From a virus: a stretch of DNA of 64,000 nucleotides. How positions within the stretch are numbered: the first letter of the stretch is position 1; each line of letters begins with the position of its first letter. This document shows, piece after piece, positions 26,580-36,951 of this stretch. A model generated the notes under the pieces. It was given only the letters and a program-made list of their open reading frames with translations. It had not been told where the DNA came from and made no database searches. Made by a program: the position numbers and the translations under genes. Location: positions 32,001 to 96,000 of IMG/VR virus record IMGVR_UViG_3300025584_000449; one strand, 5' to 3'.

Positions 26580-26663
26580 TACCGGTACCCGGACTTGAAC
26601 CGGGACGCCCATGACGGGCAACGGATTTTAAGTCCGTAGTGTCTGCCATTCCACCATACCGGC
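26580..26663 (-). tRNA. tRNA-Leu(TAA)
   Basis: Arm ACGGA-CTTAAAA-TCCGT; long variable arm; no intron. Confidence 0.93.
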
Positions 26664-26670
26664 ATATCCA

Positions 26671-27510
26671 AATAGTGAGTAACCTGAGATTATGGTTCCT
26701 CGTCTGATGACCTTTCGCACTCCGTACAGAACAAGGGCAACCCATTCCTTAAAGGCTTATCCACTAGAATTTCTCCTAGTATTCATCACTGGCTGATATT
26801 TAAGGCTATCACTACCTATCACCCTGATTAGCTTACGCCACTCCAACACACTTGACCCTGGCCAGGGCTTCGAATGTTATCATGACGACCTCTCTTTTGC
26901 CTTGCGAGCTAGGAGAGACTGTACGACTCTGAGAGCTACAGTGTTAGCCAGCTTCTTGAATCGGGGCGTGTCAGAACTTTTGCTTTATATTAGTTTGAAA
27001 TAACCATTTCAAGTGGTGATCCTTTTTGATCATGACCGGCGCTGACTTCCCTTTATACAACTTTCGAAGTACAAAATAGGAACCAGCCACTGACTCTGGG
27101 GTTAGCAGATTCGATGGTATACTATCACAGCCTTCTCAGGCTACGATTTATATAACAATGCCATTAAGCTCTAACTACAACCTGCAGCTCGAACAAAATA
27201 ACTTATATCCTTAGTACGAGTTTCTTCCGTTGGTCAAGGCTCGTAGGTGACCAAACCCACGACGCACTGCAATAGTGCTTACCTCTTTGGAATTCCCTCC
27301 CGCTAGATCCACATTACATGAATCAACCTCGCCCTGAAGGCGGCCCAGCATCAGATTGAAGTCCTAAAGACGCAGTGCATAAATGTTCCGACACAGTCAG
27401 ACTGTGCTGGCGAGAATAGCATCACCTATTCCCCTTTTCCAATGTCACCATTGGTATTCTAACGACATCATGCTGCCGTCGAGCCAATTAGTTTAAAAAC
27501 TAATGACTCG
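26671..27510 (-). ncRNA. Large ~840-nt structured RNA, probably GOLLD family
   Basis: ORF-free, hairpin-rich, starts just after GGTATAAGAA, abuts tRNA-Leu. 3' segments (AAGCAAAAG, CTCGCAAGG, CCTTAAAT..GTGGATAAG, TAATCTCAG) resemble GOLLD as I recall it; not verified by covariance model. Confidence 0.65.
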
Positions 27511-27537
27511 AATGTAAGATTCTTATACCAGAATTTA

Positions 27538-27996
27538 TTAAAAAATTAATAAACCCTTTTTGACTCCCCAATTATTTGCTTCTTCTCTAGTAGGATGCCA
27601 GATATCAACGTAGTCTTTATATCTTTTATTCATAGCATCCTCTACTATAAATGGACCTAGAGAATCTCCATCTATAATAATATAAATCTCATGTCCCCAA
27701 TCAAATGGGGCTTCAGCATCAAACTTCTTTAGTAGATTTCTACTGAGAGCTATCACTCCCCGCTCTACACGTTTATTTGATGCAGTGATAAATGGATCAT
27801 CATCACATTGGTCAACTGTAGAAGAATAAGCAGTAATAGTTACTGGAATAGTTACTATCTCTACTGTGTCCACTACCGCTGGAACAACAGTAATTAATGT
27901 GTCTGCCATAGCCTCTTGGGTTGGCAATACTTTACTGGAAGTCACAGGTATAGATAATATAAATAATAATACTATAAAAATCAAATAAATTTTCAT
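27538..27996 (-). CDS. 3D-domain (peptidoglycan-related) protein with signal peptide
   Basis: VTITAYSS, FITAS, GVIALS, FIVED, VDIW. Confidence 0.8.
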   Translation of the reverse strand: MKIYLIFIVLLFILSIPVTSSKVLPTQEAMADTLITVVPAVVDTVEIVTIPVTITAYSSTVDQCDDDPFITASNKRVERGVIALSRNLLKKFDAEAPFDWGHEIYIIIDGDSLGPFIVEDAMNKRYKDYVDIWHPTREEANNWGVKKGLLIF

Positions 27997-28424
27997 TATT
28001 CCTCAATTATATCCACTTTTATGTTACAATCCATTAAGTATTGCACTCCATCAGGACATGCATCTTGGTTTCTAGCCTGTTTGTTATAGCATACTACGCG
28101 CACTATACCTACATTAGCAATAGATTTAGCACAATACATGCAAGGTCTAACGGTTACATATATTGTTGCTCCTTCTAAGGCTTTACCACCTTCCTTAGCT
28201 AAATACTCTATTGCGTTTGTTTCTGAATGTATTTCATCTAGCTCATAGGATCCTTCTCTTTTATCTTTACCTAGCTTAGGATCCCAACCATTATATCCTG
28301 TAGAAATAGTTCTATTATTCTTGATAATAGCTGCTCCTACTTGAAATGGTACTTTAGATCGTCGAGCATACACCTTTGCTACATCCATATGTGTTTCATC
28401 CCAAGATGGTCTACTATCTATCAT
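27996..28424 (-). CDS. dCMP deaminase family
   Basis: HSETNAI and PCMYC Zn motifs; ISTGYNG. Confidence 0.9.
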   Translation of the reverse strand: MIDSRPSWDETHMDVAKVYARRSKVPFQVGAAIIKNNRTISTGYNGWDPKLGKDKREGSYELDEIHSETNAIEYLAKEGGKALEGATIYVTVRPCMYCAKSIANVGIVRVVCYNKQARNQDACPDGVQYLMDCNIKVDIIEE

Positions 28425-29209
28425 GGTGTTTTAATCCTTAATAGGCTACCCCATGGGTTGCATATTTTTTGATAGTCACACCATTTACATAAGAACTGTG
28501 CATTCTTTTCAAACTCGTTAGACTCTATGGACCGAAGAATGGAAGACCACACATCATCCATTTTACGAATAGGGATATCCTTCGTAACTGTTTCATCATC
28601 CTCAATCATATACTGTTTGATGTTAACTCTAAAGGGAGGTTCTGATTGTTGCATGACTAGTATCTTAGATGTTGGCAGTTTATCCCATCCAGGCTTTTTT
28701 ACCAACGGTTTCTTTTGCAATACACTTTCATGCCACACAGACTCATACAGTTCGAGCTGATCTAAGTATTTCTTTGGATAGGGTTTCTTTCCAGTCTTTA
28801 TCTCTATGAGGTGTATGTTGCCATCAGCATCCATACCAACTATATCAATAAACCCTTTAATAATTAAACCAACAGGGGTAACAAAATTAAACTCTACTTC
28901 ATTCATTTGGAACTGAGCAATTGCGTTGTCATACACACTAGTGTCAGCTTCAGTCCACGCATGTTGTAGTTCTTGAAGTAAAGTTAGTGTTTCTATTCCA
29001 GCAGCTTTTTCAAATTCCTCTTCAGACATATATGGGTCATCTTGTAGCCACCCATGAAATGCATTACCAAGATGTAGGAAATAGCTTAGAGGAGCTTTCT
29101 CCACTGGTGTCTTCCATACTTTACGGTGAGCGAATTTGTGCGCACATGATTTATACTCCTTCATCGCACTAAAAGACATGTGCGGAGGAATGTTATTTAG
29201 ATTTGACAT
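28421..29209 (-). CDS. PD-(D/E)xK exonuclease (RecB/Cas4-like)
   Basis: SFSAMKEYKSC, GNAFH, KGFID, EIKTG, QLELY, CKWCDYQKIC. Confidence 0.85.
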   Translation of the reverse strand: MSNLNNIPPHMSFSAMKEYKSCAHKFAHRKVWKTPVEKAPLSYFLHLGNAFHGWLQDDPYMSEEEFEKAAGIETLTLLQELQHAWTEADTSVYDNAIAQFQMNEVEFNFVTPVGLIIKGFIDIVGMDADGNIHLIEIKTGKKPYPKKYLDQLELYESVWHESVLQKKPLVKKPGWDKLPTSKILVMQQSEPPFRVNIKQYMIEDDETVTKDIPIRKMDDVWSSILRSIESNEFEKNAQFLCKWCDYQKICNPWGSLLRIKTP

Positions 29210-30137
29210 TTACTTTGCGTTTCTTTCTTTTCGTTCTCTTTGGCTGTGCTATGCCTGCATAAAATTTCTTTATGCTCTCTGATTCAGCGACATCACCAGC
29301 AATGCCCCCGCAAGCAGGGCACTTTGGCATTTTTGCTGGTTTTGTTTTTAGTGACCAGTCATTACCACACGCACAAATGTATATGTATATCATCTACATA
29401 AACTCTTGTGCTTGCGCTGATAAATTAACCGTTGCTTTGAACTCAAAACTTTTCATCGTGTATTCATGTCCACATTGAGGGCAAAGAATTTTTATAGCCC
29501 ACCAACTGTAGAGCCTATGATAAAACTTTATGATCTCTGGAAGTCCGCCCTTACCACATTCATCACAAGAGGTCATGATAGTGGCATGCTTGTGTGGAAC
29601 AAGGGTAGCTTCTTCTTGAATCATATGTTTTAATCGTAGAAGTTCTCTCTCAGTATTATCCAACTCATCAAAAAGTTTTTTTGCTGCTTCAACTATTTGC
29701 TTTTGTTTAGCCTTTTCCCTCTTAGCAAGATTAAGGGCTTTATTAACTTCTTTTTCAGTGAATTCACTCAGATCGGACATTGTTTAAACCTCGATTGTTG
29801 CAGCTTCGATACTTCTCGGCCTAACGCCCATTTCTGTTAAGAATTCTGTGATGTCTTTTCTAAGGGTAATGTCAACATCGTTAGGAAGATCTACGGTGAC
29901 GCCGTATTCTTTGCTGTTAGTGCGGCCCTCAGCTTTGATTCTACCTTTGGACTTAATGAAGTGATCATTGGTAGAACAAATAGATACAGCATAAAAAACT
30001 TTCCGCTCTACATCGTCTACTCTAAAGCATTCCGTGTAAGCCCTAGCTTCGTTTGCAGTGCCGCAATAACAAACTGTAGCGTCTACTGCATGAGGTGTCT
30101 CAAACCTGATATGGTTAAAAAATGTTAATGATTTCAT
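29193..30137 (-). CDS. Three small ORFs (29193..29393 and 29394..29780 zinc-ribbon-like; 29784..30137 hypothetical)
   Basis: CxC/CxxC pairs; tightly packed operon. Confidence 0.65.
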
Positions 30138-30139
30138 AA

Positions 30140-30679
30140 TTATCTCCGAACAATTTTATAAGGTGTTCCCATTTTGGGATGTAATTCAATGTCATACCAA
30201 AAATAATTGCTTGACATCTTTTTTATTGTTTCTTCTGGTACTTTGTGTACGTTGCGTTTGGTCAATTCATCTAACAAAGATTTAGTAAATTTTACACCCT
30301 TTTTCTTAAAAAGGTCTTCGTGCATATCTACTATCTCTACTGTATATCCCATTTTGTGTAAATCAAAATATACATTCATCTCACTTATAGAGATGTTCGT
30401 GTTATCTATAATAACTATGTCAGTCTTTTCATATACAGCAGAATGTGCTTTATAAAAACAAGACTGGTGAGCTTGACCGGCACGACTTTTAACGTACCTA
30501 TACTCACCAGTCTCTTTATCAATATGATGATCGTCAGCAGAACATACCACAACAGATTTTTTATCTTTCTTTGCGGCCTCTATTAGTTCTTTTACTTTAG
30601 TGGATTTACCAGAACCAGGAAGCCCCCTCATGATAACAATCTTTGGTAATATTCTCTTTTCTTTCTTATCTTTTGTCAC
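30140..30679 (-). CDS. P-loop polynucleotide-kinase-like protein (AAA_33/N4BP2 type)
   Basis: IMRGLPGSGKST, CSADDH, VIIDNTN, RNVHKVP. Confidence 0.85.
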   Translation of the reverse strand: MTKDKKEKRILPKIVIMRGLPGSGKSTKVKELIEAAKKDKKSVVVCSADDHHIDKETGEYRYVKSRAGQAHQSCFYKAHSAVYEKTDIVIIDNTNISISEMNVYFDLHKMGYTVEIVDMHEDLFKKKGVKFTKSLLDELTKRNVHKVPEETIKKMSSNYFWYDIELHPKMGTPYKIVRR

Positions 30680-30753
30680 TACGGTATAATCCTTATGTTA
30701 ATATAAAGAAAATGTTGAGTATGTCATCACTCAATCCTATATTTCTTATACCG

Positions 30754-30927
30754 CTAAAAAGAAGGTTTTTGACCTGTCATAGTCAGCCAACAACGCTTCC
30801 AGAAAGGCTTAGACTTGTATCGTCTTTTCTCTAATCTTATACTCCAACAATTGTTTGGATTAGAATGAACAATGCCTTTTCGCTCCTCTTTCCTTCTGCG
30901 CTTTTGTATAAACTCATCAGTATTCAT
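30754..30927 (-). CDS. 57-aa basic protein (not in track)
   Basis: MNTDEFIQKRRRKEERKG...; GAGG RBS; TTGACT-17-TATATT at 31060..31032. Confidence 0.55.
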   Translation of the reverse strand: MNTDEFIQKRRRKEERKGIVHSNPNNCWSIRLEKRRYKSKPFWKRCWLTMTGQKPSF

Positions 30928-31094
30928 ACTACCTCGCTTGTTAGGGCAGAGCTAACTCATTATGAGTAGCTCTCTTAGAGAAGATGTCCTAAATAATAGA
31001 CAGTGTTCTCCGTGCTGCTAGATAACCTTTTAATATAAGAAAATACATATAAAAAGTCAAGAGAGACCTGTAAATACAGGTCCCTCTTTTTAAG

Positions 31095-31274
31095 TTACAG
31101 TTTGTTCATATGACTACAAATCGGATTATACGGGCTATCCAGTAGTTCTGGATGATCTCGCAAATCCGCCTCTTGCTCAGTTGTAATGTACCTTGGAGGT
31201 TCATAGAAGTCGTCAATAATGACTAGTTCTTCATGATCAACCAAGGCCCCACCAATCACAACTGTATCTGTCAT
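31095..31274 (-). CDS. 59-aa acidic protein (not in track)
   Basis: MTDTVVIGGALVDHEEL...; between a GGTATAAGAA motif and a terminator. Confidence 0.65.
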   Translation of the reverse strand: MTDTVVIGGALVDHEELVIIDDFYEPPRYITTEQEADLRDHPELLDSPYNPICSHMNKL

Positions 31275-31426
31275 ACTCTGACCTACCCTTGTGCTTCTAA
31301 ACTTTTAAAACGACACTACCACTTAAAGTTCTTATACCCTAAAAGAAGGAGAGAGATTTCTCTCTCTCCTCCCGAGGAGAGGCCGGTAGGTAGATATTAG
31401 GAGCACCAACATCTTAACCTCTCACT

Positions 31427-31651
31427 CTATGAAATGTTATTTGATTTCTTCTTTGCTGTGCTCAGCAAAGGAATCAAAGACACAATGCTCGTATCTTCTT
31501 TCGGAGGGATAGGAGCCATATTTTGTAGTTGCCTAATATGCTCATCCCTGCGCTGTATTCTAAGTTCAAGAGTTCTATGTTTATTTACATAGTAAGCTCT
31601 CATACTTAGCAGAGTAATCAGAAACACTGCTCCCAATAGCAAATAAATCAT
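31427..31651 (-). CDS. Small membrane protein
   Basis: N-terminal TM; GGCATAAGAA variant upstream, terminator downstream. Confidence 0.7.
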   Translation of the reverse strand: MIYLLLGAVFLITLLSMRAYYVNKHRTLELRIQRRDEHIRQLQNMAPIPPKEDTSIVSLIPLLSTAKKKSNNIS

Positions 31652-31689
31652 ATGACCTCCTCTCTATTCTTATGCCAATATTTAAGATA

Positions 31690-32035
31690 AAAAGAAGGAA
31701 GGTCGCTTAGCGTCCCTCCCTCTATCATCTAATCATAGTATCTTTATAATTATTGTAAATGCTAAAGAGTCCTAAGGCTCTCCACACCCAGCAGACCATT
31801 ATTCACTAGAAGTATTCGTTCCCGTTAGCGTACTAGATAAGGAACAACCACATTAGCTGCCTCAAGTGCTCAACGCGTTAAATGTTATCTAATGGGGTCT
31901 TAACTGTTTACCCCGTAACCGAGGTATGGTTCACATATTTTAATAGTTTTAAATCTACCTAGTTCAACCATATTCCTGTTTAAACATTATTGTGCCTCTT
32001 GCGAGTTAAAGAAAGTTAACATTAATACAGTTAAG
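31690..32035 (-). ncRNA. Candidate ~340-nt ncRNA
   Basis: Bounded by GGTATAAGAA (32042) and a terminator; no ORF above ~25 aa; stems CTTAACTGT/ACAGTTAAG, ATGGTT/AACCAT, GTTCC/GGAAC. Confidence 0.5.
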
Positions 32036-32064
32036 TCATTATTCTTATACCAGAAAATAACACA

Positions 32065-35000
32065 TTATTTAGCTGGCTTAAAATACTGCTTAGCGATAGT
32101 ATTAATAGTAGACTGAGGTAACTGTGAAATTACCATGTGGATCAGAGAGTTGATAGTGTTGTAGTGTGAAAGCTCTGTTTTTCTTTGCACAATCTTAAGA
32201 ATTGTGCCATAACAATTTCCAGTACACAGGGACAGAAGAGTCCAAGCAGACCTGATCTTCTTTTTCTCTGCATCTGATATGTCAGAATCTTTAAAGCTAT
32301 CGAGTACATAATCTCCGCAGAAAATGAAAAGACCTCTTTGATCTTCACAAAGATCTGGGATCAGATTGGCCGGACGTACTTTAGGTGTACTACAATCACC
32401 ATAAGGATCCAACAGCCAATGTTTTCTGAGTCTGTGTATATACGGAGTTTGATCAGACCAGTGCTCAACATGAATTGCTAACATGTCAAAATTACTTCTA
32501 ACCAACATTCCATTTCTTGGGTTTGTTCTGTGGCGAGATTTAAATCCAGTCTTTACTCTTTTAACAGTAAATTCTTTATTATATCTCGATGTTGTTTTCT
32601 TATTAAATCTGTTTTTTGCTTGCTGTTTTTTAACAGATATGTTAATACTGCTCATGCTACTTCCTTGATTTAATTGTCTCTGTATCCACGATTTTTACGT
32701 TAGGGAATAAATCAGCGTGATCAATTTCATTGGGAATAAACTTCTCAATGAAAGGCGCTATTTCTTCCCACCGCATATCACCTGTAAGCCAATCTTCAAT
32801 ATCCATAGGATTACTAAAGAATAAATTACAGGTATCTTGGTATGCTATTTCAAAATTTACTTCATCTACATCTTTGTAATACTCTGCATGTGATCTAGCT
32901 ACCACATTAAGAGGGACGACCCACTTATGTCCTTGATCTACACTTTCCAAAGTTATGTTAGTATTGTTGACCCATGCCACTGTGTCCATCAAAGTATCCT
33001 CTCGAATTATTACTTAAAACGTCTTCTCAAACTTCCAACTGAACCAACAGTGATGCCAAATACAGCCGCTATAATATAAAATATAATAGCCAATGCTACA
33101 CCAATCCATAATGGACTAGTGACCCACCACCAACTCCAGGCTATCACGCCACAGAGTTTTAAAATTAGAAAAATTACAAATAATAATGTTCCTAGTTCCA
33201 CAATAAATACTCCTTTAAGTTATGATTCTTATACCATATTATCTTCTTAATATCTGTGGTATGCCGTCTTTAACAAACACTTCATGAGCTCTGTTTCTAA
33301 TAATCTCAGCTGTAAGTTCTTTAACTTTTAGCTTGGCTTCTTCTATAGTTTGAATACCTAATGCTTTCTTTCTACGAACTACAGAAGTGTAGGTACTATT
33401 CTCTCTAAGAATAAATCCCTTTACTCCAGGCTCCCACTGTTTGTTTGCATTGTCCTTGAGTGATATAGTTACTTCAAGATCTTGAGTTCGCCAATGTCTC
33501 TTGATTGTAGCTATAATATGATACGCATAATGTAAATCAGGACAATTTACATGTGTCTCAGACATTATGTGATGTTCTAAATTTTCTATATTCTCTGGTT
33601 GAATTTCTGTCATTTCTTTTATTGTCATTGATTGTGTCTCTTCTCTTTCAAAGTATGCCGTATAAGTAATTAAAGAGCAGTGGTCAACTCCTCCAGGAGT
33701 TCCTGGCGCTATTATACTCCAGCTTCCTCCTATATATTCTGTCTGTGGCCAAGAGTGGTCATTAATTCTACGCCGAGCATCTTTGAGCATATATCTTTTC
33801 TTAATTAAGATAGATTTCATAGGAGGACATAGATCCCAAATCTCTCGTGTACAGTTAGACCCTGTACCCCAATTATCTGTCGATGCCTTCATGATTCTCC
33901 ATCCATATACACATCCTCTCGTGTGCCCACTCTATTGCTTCGGGTAGTTGGCCTTCTTGGCCGTACTCTTCTACATACACTGTGTAAGTCATTAGATTGG
34001 TAGCGAAGTATTCTTTCCAATCAGGAAGAACCTTAGGAGCCTCGTCTTGCACTGGTGCAAGACTACTCATATCAAAAAACTTTATCATTCCGCTCCACGT
34101 AAATGATTTAGTTTCTTCTAGTGATATACATACCAAGCGTTGAATCTCTTTGAAATAATAATATTCTATCATATATCCTCTGTGGAAATAGCCACTGTGG
34201 CATTTATAATGTGTGTATTAAAATTAAATAATGCACTTGATACCTTACTCTTGTGGTCATTAAATGCATTACACAGAAGATCATAGTCTCCTCTTAATAT
34301 CTCATATTTCTTGAACAGCTCTAATACAACTATAAACACAGGATCATTAAGTTCTGGGTTGGCTTTGATGCCGTCAATTATCTTTTTTAGTTCTTCGTCT
34401 GTCATTTTCCATCTACAATCTTTAAAATAGCCTCGCCCTCTGAGTTAGCATATACTCCACGATATACTTGCCAGAATTTAAAGGGTTCTCTATCTATCTT
34501 TGTTTGGAGTTTGATTTCATAATGATTGTGTGCAGTTATTGCAGCTGTTACAACATATAATAGTAGAAATATAGGGTACATATAGCTCAATAATAAAATA
34601 ATAAAACTACAAAAAGCAAATAAGTAGTTCTTGTATACTTTAATCAACATGAACGGAAGAAAGAGAAAAGTCTTAATACAGAAGCTTTGACTCATTGCTT
34701 CGTATAGTCCGTCTTTACTTTCCATAACAATGTATTTCTTCATGGGAACCCCATCTGGCTTTAGAATGGTAAATTATCGTCATCATCTTTGTGGTTAATA
34801 ACATAATCATCAACAGTCTTCATTATATCTTCATACTGTTTTGCGTATTTAGTATTATCATCTGAGGTATAATACTTTTTATTAGGAACTGGAATTGTTT
34901 TATATTCTGTGACATATTCATTTCTAAATTTATTTCGTGTTAATTCAGTAACTATTCTTTCTAAATTTACAATATGTCCAAACAAAGCTTGCAATAAAAT

Positions 35001-35087
35001 GAAGGTGCTATCTTGTAGCTCAGGATTGTCCTTTATTGCTTTGATTATCTTTTCTATTTGCTCCAAGGATAGCTCTTCATCAGACAT
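32065..35087 (-). CDS. Run of hypothetical early-type ORFs (32065..32655, 32657..32992, 33010..33201 TM, 33239..33892, 33873..34172, 34169..34405, 34402..34743 TM, 34761..35087)
   Basis: Co-oriented, overlapping stop/start codons. Confidence 0.7.
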
Positions 35088-36676
35088 TAAATCTATCCTT
35101 ATCTGTTTTTCGATCCTTTAGCTCAGCTTTGACTTTTTTAGACCATGCTTTCTTTGCATCCTTAATAGATAGCTTAGCTAAACTATATCTTTCTTTTTTA
35201 AAATGAGGTTTACAAAATACCTCATAATAAGTTGTTTTCTTACCGGCCCAATCTGTAGTAGTTCTTGTACTAAAAGTTGGTAATTTATTACACACAGGGC
35301 ATAGAGGTATTACCTCAAGTTTTCTCATAATCTATAAACTCCTTTACATATTTGTTCCATCTATCTATTACAGCTTGTAAGGTGTGCTTACTATGGTACT
35401 GTTGTTGCGCTATGAATCCACAAACAGCGCTATAATGCTCGTGAAAACATACAGGACACTCAAGGTGCCAATTATCTGTATTAGCGACGGCACTAAGTTC
35501 TCCATTAATAACTGCAGATGTGACAGTTGTTCTATTTCTAGCTAACTCCATATGACATTTACCAACAGGACAGGGTAAAATAATATTAAGTTTTTTCATC
35601 ATAATATTCCTTTACCTTCTTATTCCAAAGTTTCTTCATCTTTGATAAGCTCGTTCCAGTGTTCAATTATATCATCAATGTCTGATCCCCAGGGGTCTTC
35701 TCCTATACAGCAAAGTGTGTCTGAAATTCTACATATTTGCCCATAGGTAACGCTAAATACTTTATACTTACACTTTACTTTGTAGTAATTAGTTCCATTG
35801 ACCATTCCTCTTTCTCTATGAAGTGGTCATTTAATATTTTAGCGCGTGGACATTTAAGTATTATCTGGAGTTTCTTCATATGCCTTTATCGCCTCATTCC
35901 AATATTTAATAAATACTTCTGGTTTAGCGTCAATATTTGTCTTTGGAATCATGTTTATTGTGGCTGGGTGTATTAAAAAACATGTAGGCTCACCTATACC
36001 ATTCCCTCTAGCCTGCGCAGGAGTCTGGTTGTAAGTACAAGTAGCCCACGCTTTATACTTACAGTTGAATACTTCAACAAACCCATCATCATCTAATTTA
36101 AAACTAAATAGACTTTGTGCTGAAAGACCGGTTAAAGGACAGTTTTTTGGGATGTGTAATTTATGCATGCTTTATTCCATATCTTTATAATTTTATCATC
36201 AAATCTAGGCTTGTCTATAGCAGTGTCATTTGCTGTAATTGTCTCAAAAATACATGGCTTTTTAGCAGTAAGTACACAATAATGCTGACCTGTGTGAGAC
36301 ATACAGTTAGGGGAAATATTAATTGTTCCTTTAATTACCCCAGGTTCAAAATAAAATATACCACCCATAGCATTACCTGGGAAACGTAGAAAAATAGGAC
36401 ACGGTAATATCACTCTAAGCTTTTTGATTTTAAATACTCCTTTACTTCACAGTTCCATTGAGCAATAGCTTTTTCTGGCGTAATGTCTTCCATATAATCA
36501 TGGGTTGGATCTAATGTGCAGAACTGTTCTTTATTTGAATGCTCACAATCACACATAACCATAAAAGGTACTGTTTTTCCAAGTGTAACATTATAAACCT
36601 CTCGTTCTATCATCTGATAACTATTACGTCCCCATGGAACTACTGGACAAGGTAAGAGTACTCGTAGTTTTTTCAT
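35080..36676 (-). CDS. Six tandem Lar-like proteins (35080..35328, 35315..35602, 35620..35805, 35854..36168, 36132..36413, 36410..36676)
   Basis: N-terminal (L/I)xxCP motif in five of six; C-terminal I/A-x-x-W-N/S helix in all; resembles the Lar_restr_allev pattern KPCPFCG..AIAAWNRR. Confidence 0.6.
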
Positions 36677-36951
36677 GCTTCTTCGTCGTATGTCTGCTCA
36701 AAGATGTCAGGCTTGCATGGGTAGTACTCACCCTGTACACCCTTAATGACCCAATCATTTAGTGATGCAGTTATTACTCCTTCTAATGTCTGTATCTTTA
36801 AGATCGGATTGTCGTCTTCATCAAATGATGCAGCTGTACTGCACCTTACCCAATTATATACTTGATCTTTAGTCTCGTTGGTGAATTGTACTGCCTCAAC
36901 TACTATTGCTTTCTTTCTATACTTTTTTATCATTTGATGCCATCCTCTCAA
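36673..36951 (-). CDS. Conserved phage protein
   Basis: YRKKAIVVEAVQF..IQTLEG..DWVIKGVQGEYYPCKPDIFEQTY. Confidence 0.8.
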   Translation of the reverse strand: MRGWHQMIKKYRKKAIVVEAVQFTNETKDQVYNWVRCSTAASFDEDDNPILKIQTLEGVITASLNDWVIKGVQGEYYPCKPDIFEQTYDEEA

